A stretch of 64,000 nucleotides of DNA from Phoronis australis (taxonomy: Eukaryota; Animalia; Phoronida), in NCBI GenBank assembly GCA_002633005.1, contig NMRA01000157.1, forward strand, positions 122,331 through 186,330. The letters are read 5' to 3'. The position numbers and the translations under genes were made by a program. The notes beneath the pieces are model-generated. The model did no database searches. It was not told where the DNA came from and saw only the letters and a list, made by a program, of their open reading frames with translations. Positions 54,680 through 63,386 of the stretch are shown here, one piece after another (the stretch's first letter is position 1; every line of letters starts with the position of its first letter).

Positions 54680-55639
54680 TCGTTTGCACAAACTCCGTCT
54701 CCCCTGCTCCACTACAGATCTTCGTTGCGCCCGTTTCGGCACTGCCTTGGTCCCAGGTATTGCACCGGCCCCCTATTAGAATTTGAGCTGTCTTATATTT
54801 TTTCTCGCGGGCCGTTTTTTGCGGACGCGGAGGGAGGGTGGCCAGCTTCGTACTGGCCCTGGTGACGTCAGTCGGTCGGCTTAATTTCGCTCCCTCCGGT
54901 ATATAATTCATCGGGCCTGTCGCTGCCCAAATTAATGATGCCTTATTAAAAATGTTTACTCTTCCTTGGGTAAACTAAAGTATTTACCCGGGTGTTGGAA
55001 CACTGGCGTTCTTCAGTTATTCTGCTGCTAAAATTGCCATGCGCTCTTTGGGCGCCATTGCGTCACCTATTGGCCAATTTCCATGTTCTTCAATCAACTG
55101 CGAGGTTGCGTACAGATCATAACAATTGGAAGTGGTTTCGTTTCGTTACTGGTTTTTACTTCTTCAATCAACTGCGAGGTTGCGTACAGATCATAACAAT
55201 CGGAAGTGGTTTCGTTTCGTTACAAGTTTTTACTCTTTTAATACCAGAACTCAATTTCAGATCAAACTCTCGAAAGATATCGCAAAGTTTTAGGAAATGG
55301 CGCGTAGGCCTACGTGCACCTGTCACGAGTATGCACTGTTTTCAAAACGACGACAGATTTTCCTTTGTTAACGTTTAATAGATTTTTACTTCAATAAACG
55401 GCTGTAACGGGCAAGGTGAATGTTCTAGAAAGAAATTTGTACGTACTGCCTGCGGAAAGAATCCCGCAGCCGCACACCTTGCTTACTAATATCTGACAGT
55501 GTCTGAAACTCTGCTTGAAGCTTTGAACACGGTCTCTTTAGTAATATTCCTGTCTCTTGCGATGAACACTCGGTTCACTCTTAGGTGTAGCTATTTCCAG
55601 TCAGTGTTTCCCACTAGCTGCTACCCGGGTAATGGCTAG
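54680..55639 (+). mobile_element. Non-autonomous Helitron-like insertion
   Basis: A|TC ... CTAG|T junctions with no TSD and a subterminal palindrome TACCCGGGTA. Removal rejoins the LINE APE domain (SKIDAFYIIDIVDK). Internal 64-bp duplication at 55086-55149 and 55160-55223. Confidence 0.65.
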
Positions 55640-56357
55640 TCAATTTTACTATATGCTTTACACAAATCATATTCCCACCCCACCCGAACCTCTTGGGGCC
55701 CGCTTGTTTATAAGCTGCCTATTGTGTCCGTACCAACAATAACCGGGCAAAGTAATAGATTTATTTGCATGTAAATGAGTTTCTACCACCCTTATGATGT
55801 GGGCGTTGAATGTAGACAGCAGTTGTTCACGGAGCAATGAATTGTTGCTAATCCAACCACAGACATTGGCCTCGCAAATCCTCAAAACGCTGTCCTATTC
55901 TGCATCACGAATTGTTTTATTCCCCGAGTGAGCCTCCTCACCTGTGGTCACTCTCACAATTCAACCATTTGAAGGGATCTTGAATTCCTTGTTGTTCGGC
56001 AAAGTTTCAATAATTGTTTTGAAATTAATTTCAATTAACCTGCCAGTGAGAGATTTGCTTCCACGAAGAAAAACTCGTTGAAATAAAAGCGTGCCCTTTA
56101 AATTTTGCTTGTTCCGCAGCACTAAAAGTTTTTGAGCCAGTAACTCAACAGCATCAGTATCCCACTGTCGAGGGTTCAGACGGGTGCAATCCAGTTTGGT
56201 CACATCTGAAGACAGGCCCATACTACATAACAGTTCTTCAATCACTTCGCGTAAAGGTCGGGTTCCGTTGACTATGCCTGATGCGATAATACACAAGTCA
56301 TTGTTTTTCAAAGGGTCGTTCTGAATGACTAAATCTGAACCATGCGTGTAATGCTTC

Positions 56358-56662
56358 TGTAGTAAATGTCGACGTCAGTCTCGGCTGTGGCGTCTCTATG
56401 TTGTGATGTCCTTTTCGTTAACAATGTTGGTCTTGGCCTTGTGCGACATCTGACGCCAGAAGATCCCAGCCGAGGTCACCCTGATATCATGTGACCCGTC
56501 ACCTTTCAAGACCACGTGACAAGATAGTCTGGGCCTTCTGGAGTTCGCTGCCGTCCTGGGCGGACGTAATGTAAGTATACTCCGGACTTTTCTCTTGCAT
56601 CGCGTTAATAGGCCGAACCTGTGTGTCTGCTTGGCCAGCCGACCCCTATTACTAAGACAACA
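56358..56662 (+). repeat. 5' LTR (305 bp)
   Basis: TGTAGT...ACAACA, a direct repeat of 60975-61277. Confidence 0.95.
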
Positions 56663-56664
56663 TT

Positions 56665-56678
56665 TGGCGTAGTTGGCA
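56665..56678 (+). promoter_or_regulatory. Primer-binding site, tRNA-Ser type
   Basis: TGGCGTAGTTGGCA, 2 nt after the LTR. It is complementary to the tRNA-Ser 3' end (...UGCCGACUACGCCA) with one G:U pair. Confidence 0.85.
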
Positions 56679-56994
56679 CCTATTTCACGGTGTTGGAGCG
56701 GCGTGCGTGTCTTTCGGTGGTGGCGGGAAATAAGTTTTCATAACTTGTTTTCTCGTGCCCATTTTGACAGCCACGTGCGTCACTTCTTTTGCAGTGCCCG
56801 AGTTCAGGTTTACTAGAATTTCAAGCGTTTGTCGTAGGAATTATAGGTTTATGTAAATAGTTGGTATAATTGTATATAGTATAGTTTGTATTTATTATTT
56901 TGTATATTAGTTAGAGTTTAGAACCTTTCTAGGAATTCTAGAATAGGTCACGTGACCACGTGGTTTTCCTAAGACAAAGCCCCGTGTGTTTAGT

Positions 56995-58416
56995 ATGTCT
57001 TTTCAAGACAGGGTTCCGGTAAACTTCTGTCTTTCCCAAGAGTTATTCAAGCTCTCGGGCATGACGGAAGATACTGCTCAAACCATTCTGGCGTTTCGGC
57101 AAACTCAGCCGATAACTCCAGAAAATATTAACCACATCCATTCCGCATGGAGGTTGACGAGGAGTGCTATTTCTGGCATTGATTTCACCCAGTATGGTGA
57201 TGTTCAGTCCCGAGTTACCTCTCCTCTGGGTAGTCCTGTACGTACCCGTTTGCCCCAGGACTTAAGTGGCATTGCCCAGGCCTGTGACAGGTTAAACAAA
57301 TCCCCTGTTACAGTAAGAAGGAAGTATTCTACTAAGCAGGATTCTCCTTCGTCTGTGCCTGCCCCGAGTTCTGGTAGCCGAACGGTTGGTCCGTCTACCC
57401 ACACCCGTCCCTATAGTTTAAGGCCAAATGCCCCGTCTAAGTTAGTTTTTCAATGGGAAAAAGGCAAATGGGAGGACTTTTTTGGAAATTTCAGCGCTTA
57501 GCCAAGGACAACTTATGGTCCGAAGACAAGTGCGTCTCTGAGTTAAGAATGTGTTTGGACGATGTGGCCTTGCATTTCTTCCTTAACTTCATGAGAACGA
57601 ACCCAGACTCTGGTTTCGATGACGTGGTTGCACACATGTCAGAACATTTTTCTTCGACTGTCTGCACCCAGGTCTTACGCCTTGAATTCCAATACGTCGA
57701 GCAAAAGCCGGGGGAATCTATTGAGAACTGGGCGTGTAGGTTAAACAGGTTGTTTTTAAAAGCCTTCCCGAACCCGTCGGAGCAAGAAAAAGTAGATCTT
57801 GTATTCCGTTTCTCCCTTGGGTTACGAGATAAGGTTGTAGGTACGCAGGTGATGAACTCATCCCCTGTGACCCTAGCTGAGGCAGAGTCTAAAGCTGCAT
57901 GGTTCGCAACGACCCAGCGATTGATGGCAAATCAAAACCGTCGGTCTGTTTGGTTCGAGGGCCCACCATCGCGCAATGACGAAGCTTCTATCAACCTGCA
58001 CTTAAATTCTGTCCAATAGCATCCTCTGCTTCAAACTCTGCGGTTGAGTCTAGGCTGCATGCTTTAGAGTCTCAGATGGCTAAGGTCAACTCTGAAATAG
58101 GAGGTCTTAAAGAAGACAATGCCCTTATACATCGAGAACTTAAGAGTATATCCCAGACTATGAGTTCGAATTTTAGGGGCATTACCCCAGATTTGTCGAG
58201 GGTATTAAAATTGTTGGATTCTAATCCAAAACCATCTAGATCCCCTCCACTATCTAGGTCCCCCAAACTTCCCCACAGAGACCTTCAGTAATGTGTGGTA
58301 AGTTTGGTCACTACCAGTCTGCGTGCCGTAGCCCGCAGCCTGCTAGAATTCTTCGTACATCCTTTGGGGATAAGTCCGATGATTTAAACGAGTTGGGGCT
58401 GGACGATCAGGTCTAA
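56995..58416 (+). pseudogene. Gag (HhH-like N-terminus, capsid domain, coiled coil, degenerate zinc knuckle), three frameshifts
   Basis: WEDFFWKFQRLA..WS...L...A, EFQYVEQKPGESIENWACRL and FSLGLRD capsid motifs, and CGKFGHYQSAC at 58294-58326. The pieces are ORFs 56986-57501, 57453-58019 and 58076-58291. Confidence 0.85.
58383..58389 (+). promoter_or_regulatory. -1 ribosomal frameshift slippery site T TTA AAC
   Basis: In X XXY YYZ phase with the gag zinc-knuckle frame, 9 codons before the gag stop. The -1 frame opens here, right after a TGA, and runs into ORF 58428-58895. Confidence 0.75.
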
Positions 58417-60086
58417 CTCCATCCCAATTGCAATCTCGTGGTGCCAATAGTAGGGTATCCTCAGACCGCCCCACTAAAAGATTCAGTCCCATGGATGGTC
58501 TATTAGGTTCATTAAATAAAAACATCAAACGCCTGTCGACTAACCTGTTAGACTGTTTTAAAGTACGGAGTTTGTCCACTTCTTCTCGAGGTATTTCTGT
58601 GCACGATGCGTGTCGGGGGAGAGGTCGACCTGTCTTGGCTAGATCTTGTGATGTAGTTAATGATTTGGTTGACTTGTCGACTGATATTCTTTGTGCTCGG
58701 AATTCCCTGGGGGATATGGAGTGTCCGGCCTCCCAAAGTTCCGTGCTCACTCAGAATAGTCCGATTGAATTACCCATTACTGATGCTGATGTGATTAATA
58801 CCCCAATATTGGTTCAGGTTAATTCGATAGATAAGTCTGAGTTGAGTGGTAAAGCTGTTTCTAGTACCCAGGTTGTGGCTAATTCTAATTCATAAGATAT
58901 TGTGCATACCCTGGTTCCGGATTCCATTTCAGAGGGGTCAAAGGTGCCCCACAACCCTGTCGTTTTGCGGGATCCACCTCCTGAGTTTGTAGATGCCCCT
59001 ATGGACACTATTAATATTCAGGAGGCGTCTTCTGGTAACACCCTACACCAACAGGCTGGCCGTCTGCTTCACTGGAGGCAGAAGGTCACTCTTCCACAAA
59101 GGGTGAGGGATGCTGGTTCGCCATACCCTCGGATGTCGTGTGTGGAAAAGCCGCCAGCCACCTGGCCTGCCCCTAAAGGGTCGACGTTCATCTGGGGCTT
59201 CGCCGTCCGCATCCAAAGTTAAATCAGGACCGGCCCCTGATTTGGCTATAGATGCCCACTTCCATTTGGATCGCTTGTCGGTATCCTTGGCTCAGCGTCA
59301 TATCACTGAGAGTAGGATGCTGACGATTGACCAGATGCTCAGCGCCCAGCTGCCACGGGTTTCTCAAAAACCTGTACGGTTGGTCGGTGGGATTGCAGTT
59401 TTCTGCGATGTGGAAAACTGGAAGTACATTGAGGCTTCCCGTTTCCCACATGGCTGGAAGGCTGTGGTGGGCATCCACCCCAAACTGGTTGGAACAACAA
59501 ATCCCGGTGTTCTAGAGCGTCTCCCTCAGCTACTAAAGGAGCCCTTTGTAGCTGGCCTAGGCGAGGTCGGTCTGGAGGCCCGGGAGGACTTGGCCAAACA
59601 AAAAGAAGCTTTGGAGGAGATGGTGCGAATCTTTGCGGAGGTTCGGGCCAGCTCCCCCAGCTTCAAAAACAAAGTCGTGGTGATCCACCTTCGTGGTTCC
59701 CCCGACAATCCACGCTTCTTGGAGGGACAAGACTTTGTCTTTGATCTCCTGAAGACTGTGATGCAGACTTGGGTTTGCATCTCCATTGTTTTGGAGGTGC
59801 GCCCGAGGATGTACTCCGATGGACGTGGTTCTTTAAAAACTGCCACTTCGGCTTTGCCGGTCATGTGAGGCAGTTTCTAAAGTTCCAAAATAAGGGGTTA
59901 CAAGAGGTTCCGCTGAATCGACTCCTCCTGGAGTCTGATTCACCGCACCTCGCCATTGGGCAATCCCCAATGGCCCCCAGATACCTGGGGGAAGTAGCTA
60001 TGGAGGTGGCGCAGCGTTCTCGTCGTCCGCTGCGTGACATCCTGGCTGTTTCCACCAGGAATGCCAGGCGGCTTTACCATCTCTAA
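58383..60086 (+). pseudogene. tatD: Second ORF in the pol position: S/P-rich linker plus TatD-family nuclease (domain about 59242-60086)
   Basis: DAHFHLD, GIHPK, GLGEVGL, VIHLR, HLHCF, LLLESDSP and NARRLY motifs. One premature TAA (58893) and two frame changes (about 59100-59220 and about 59768). Confidence 0.92.
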
Positions 60087-60960
60087 CAAATTGTTAGAAG
60101 TGGTTTAGCATCCTGGTGTGCTTGGGTCATAACTTATGCCCCAGGTTGTCGCCTAGTCTCCGGGGTAACTGCCCGTTATTGTAAATTATGAGGCGGACGT
60201 CAGTCTCTGGGTTTGTGCCTTGCCCTTGGTCCTAAGAGAATTGTGGTGTCCACTAAAGTAGAATAAGTAGTTAAGTAGCGTACTGGTCCAATATTTTGTA
60301 TAGTAGTGCTTGTTCATTAAAACTATATAGTATAATTATTTTTGTTATAAGTTATGTTTCCATACTACATATATGGTCTATTTATATATTCAAGACTGTT
60401 TTTTCTATAGTATTATGTATTAGTTGATGCTATATAGTTTATTTTTGTATATTAAGTTAAGTTTTCCATATAGTCTACGTATGTTATGAAAGGCTATATC
60501 ATTTTATATTTCACTGTATCACTACTAAAGTATAATGAATACTCATTTTATGGCCAGTATGCTTTTCATTGTTCAGTTTTTTTTAAAAAAAAATGTATAT
60601 ATTCTCTCGCCAGGTCATCACCAACAATCAGAGTGTTGTCATAGCATAGTCCAGAAATTCCATGCTCCCTGGTACTTGTATTAGTGGGGCATATTTTTCT
60701 TTTTTTCTTTTTTTAGTATGTTCGACTACTCTAGTGGATATATGCTATGACTGTGTGTCTCGTTAGTGTTTGTTTTTTTGGTAGGGGGGAGAATAGTTGG
60801 ATTTAATTTTAACCAGTAATTGGTACTTTACAAGGTCACTCCACATCATGTTAGTTATAGGGTTTAAGGTCTTGTCACTGTTATCTTAGGTCAAGGGTTT
60901 ATGTTTAGATGTTGGGAATGACGTTCGCCATTTTCTATAAGGGCTGCACTCCTTTTCTTT

Positions 60961-60974
60961 AAGGAAGGGAGGAA
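60961..60974 (+). promoter_or_regulatory. Polypurine tract
   Basis: AAGGAAGGGAGGAA immediately before the 3' LTR. Confidence 0.9.
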
Positions 60975-61277
60975 TGTAGTAAATGTCGACGTCAGTCTCG
61001 GCTGTGGCGTCTCTATGTTGTGATGTCCTTTTCGTTAACAATGTTGGTCTTGGCCTGGTGCGACATCTGACGCCAGAAGAGCCCAGCCGAGGTCACCCTG
61101 CTATCATGTGACCCGTCACCTTTCAAGACCACGTGACAAGATCGTCTGGGCCTTCTGGAGTTCGCTGCCGTCCTGTGCGGACGTAACGTGAGTATACTCC
61201 GGACTTTTCTCTTGCACCGCGTTAATAGGCCGAACTTGTGTGTCTGCTTGGCCAGCCGACCCCATAACCAATACACA
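60975..61277 (+). repeat. 3' LTR (303 bp)
   Basis: TGTAGT...ATACACA. I count 9 substitutions against the 5' LTR, plus a divergent last 15 or so nt. Confidence 0.95.
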
Positions 61278-61680
61278 CTTCTCCAACGCGCTGACACGGT
61301 TTTCGAGACATGCAAAATCCATGTCAATATCCGCCTTGAAGGATTTTAGTTTGATATCAGTAGAATTTGTAATCTCATGGCGTATTTTATCTATTTTGGA
61401 TTCAAACGTTTTTCTAAGCCCATCTTGTGCCGACTTTAGATCTTGAATTTCTTTCAACATGAGTTCAGATATCTCACCTTGATGATCACGTGGAGCTGGA
61501 GAGGTCGGCATGCTTGATATAGCTTCACTAATTGTAGGTTGAGAATTAAACTTTTTGTTACTTTTATCACCTGTACGGTTCATGGTTGTCCTTAACTCGC
61601 TACTGTCCTTGCTTGGTTTACGTTAACGTACAATTTGCCACTCAGAATCATCCATTGAATTGGAGCAAATTTAAAAATCA

Positions 61681-61704
61681 GCCGCCATTTTTCGAGCATG
61701 CGCA
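61681..61704 (-). promoter_or_regulatory. Candidate internal promoter motifs at the LINE 5' end (NRF1-like and YY1-like)
   Basis: Minus strand reads TGCGCATGC...AAAATGGCGGC within about 30 nt of the inferred 5' end. Confidence 0.45.
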
Positions 61705-61712
61705 GTCCAGCA

Positions 61713-61828
61713 GTATTTTGGCACTTGCTGTGCTATGTTTATACCTTGATGATGTCTAACAAATAGACGAAAGGTTAATTTAACATTATCTTCTTCATTT
61801 GTGCGGCTATCGTCCGGTTTTTAATCTT
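61713..61828 (-). repeat. Right arm of the MITE split by the LINE
   Basis: Inverted copy of 49461-49576. Confidence 0.75.
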
Positions 61829-62014
61829 GCTGTGGCCAAGAACTGATTTAATTAAATTAAGATTGTTATTGGGTGTGTCATGCCAAATAATAGTCAGTGA
61901 TAATCCTCACCTGTCAGAAAGACCTAACTGGACTCTACCTGGCAGGCATTCTTTGTTGTGGGCCCGTATGTTGCCGGTTACTCAAACCTGATGGAGCACC
62001 AGCAGACCTGCCCT

Positions 62015-62135
62015 GAGTTCAGTAACGCTAGGACTTCGTTGAAATGCAAGACTTCGCAAGATTACGTGAGATGTTGCCAAATGAGAACGCATGATTTTGG
62101 TTAGATTTTTGCGAGGACCTATCATTACTGAACTC
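62015..62135. repeat. Short palindromic MITE
   Basis: GAGTTCAGTAA...TTACTGAACTC ends. The left half recurs at about 35635-35695. Confidence 0.6.
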
Positions 62136-62329
62136 TACCCTCTTGAAGCGACATGTTAAACCTGGCGGTGGAGAACACTGATGTATCAAAATGGCTCCCA
62201 AGTATATTTGTTGTTTTTTCTTTTCTCTGTTACAGGTTCCGGTTACTACGAAAAAGTCTTTTTGTAAATAATTATTTAAAAATCTCGATTATTGGTTGAA
62301 AACTTCATCATGATGTTCATAAATGGAAA

Positions 62330-62640
62330 AGAGGGAGCGAAGAATTTTATTGTGCGAAGGTCTTTACTGCCTACGAACAATAATCCTCCATGAACCCTAT
62401 CGAACATTAATTGAGTACCTGCATGCAACACAGGGCCAGGTACTGGATACGTTGAAAGAGATGTGTGGTTAGACTCCATTTGCTGGAAGACAACGCAGTG
62501 CGAGACATGTGTTCCGCAGAAGCTGCTGTATTCTATATTCCAATGCCACTGCGCTTCACTTTGCAACATTACTGTATGTTCCCACAACAATCGGACACCT
62601 TGCTCTACTGTGATAGGGAACAGCACCAAGCTAATTTGAT
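62330..62640 (+). pseudogene. Decayed Helitron Rep/helicase fragment
   Basis: Across frames: TQGQVLDTLKEMC / LHLLED...CSAEAA...PMPLR / FATLL. This resembles the TF.EAC..LGLLEDD...EAA...P..LR.LFA segment between the Rep and helicase domains. Confidence 0.55.
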
Positions 62641-62889
62641 TGAGGTCTTTGTTCAGTACAGCTAAACATGTGAAACATACATTCACAAATAGATCTGTGC
62701 ATGTGAATTTGACGTATGGTAATAAAGACACATTGTGTGTATATACTTCGTCGTATTACCACCATCACATTTGTGTGCGGGTGAAATAACTATAAAAATG
62801 GACGATCGAAAAAGAATGAAATGCGATCAACATAGGTGGCAATAGAAAATAATGTAAAGGACGGAACGGTAACTTTTTTCTCTGTGGTG

Positions 62890-63180
62890 AACTCTATCGA
62901 TAGACTTATTAACTTTATCAATATACATATTAACTCTATCGACAGACTTATTATCTCTATCGATAGATTTCATTTCTCTATCGATAGACTTACTATCTCT
63001 ATCGATTGACTTATTAACTCTATCGATAAACTTACTATCTCTATCGATAGACTTATTGATTCTATCGATAGACTTATTAATTCTATCAATAGACTTACTA
63101 TCTCTATTGATAGACTTATTAACTCTAGTGATAGACTTACAATCTCTATCGACAGACCTACTATCTCTATCGATAGACTT
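62890..63180. repeat. 21-bp minisatellite with palindromic core CTATCGATAG
   Basis: About 14 tandem units of TCTATCGATAGACTTA(TTAAC/CTATC). Confidence 0.92.
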
Positions 63181-63386
63181 TGTACTCCACCAAAGCAGCA
63201 GACGAAACCGAGGTCGGTTCCTCGCTTGTATGATTGTTTCATTAAGCTTCTGGGTAGGAATCGCACATGTTTATGTCTACGCTACATGGTGAGTGTTGCT
63301 GAACTGCTTACTGTTGATCAATTAACGGGCGGGGAACGAGCACGTAGATCGTAATCTGCTTCATTTCGTGGGTTTGTGCCTGTTAA

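Larger units (their letters stand above)
49846..55885 (-). pseudogene. LINE ORF2 (APE endonuclease, RT, C-terminal Cys/His motif), disrupted
   Basis: ANVCG..ETHL..RGSGGVG, YLPPENS, PDHNVL, KATGIDGIP, GVRQGDPLSPTLF, FLYADD, YKYLG and LPLEVEMGRY...ERIC motifs. Split by insertions at 52134-53808 and 54680-55639. Confidence 0.92.
56358..61277 (+). mobile_element. Ty3/gypsy-like LTR element encoding Gag and TatD, with no pol
   Basis: Two about 300-bp TG...CA LTRs, 4-bp TSD CTTC (56354-56357, 61278-61281), PBS, PPT, gag, -1 slippery site and TatD ORF. Confidence 0.95.
55961..61583 (-). pseudogene. LINE ORF1 (coiled-coil N-terminus), interrupted by the LTR element
   Basis: 61583-61278 (MNRTG...NRVSALEK) joins in frame to 56353-55961 (HYTHGSDLVIQNDPLKNNDLCII...) once the LTR element and one TSD copy are removed. 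Confidence 0.85.
49680..61710 (-). mobile_element. Full-length non-LTR retrotransposon (RTE-X-like) with three nested insertions
   Basis: ORF1 and ORF2 on the minus strand, (AATA/TAA)n tail at about 49680-49700, and a candidate TSD CAGTATTT (49672-49679, 61711-61718). The clade call rests on motif recall. Confidence 0.85.

Noticed and set aside
59242-60086. TatD as bacterial contamination or a misassembly
   Set aside because: It lies between matched LTRs with a PBS, PPT and TSD, inside an animal LINE whose frame is restored on excision.
61116-61277. C-terminal part of ORF 61116-61583 as a real protein
   Set aside because: It is read-through of LINE ORF1 into the antisense LTR. The true continuation lies at 56353 and below.
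61939-61949. ATG CCT GCC AG|gt (minus strand) as the missing phase-2 first exon of the ATP-grasp gene
   Set aside because: The phase fits, but the donor is weak and such a short match arises easily by chance. It needs transcript data.
62890-63180. Possible CRISPR array, and the SIE-repeat ORF at 62970-63266
   Set aside because: Units are head-to-tail with no unique spacers, the context is eukaryotic with no cas genes, and the ORF is a by-product of the 21-bp period.
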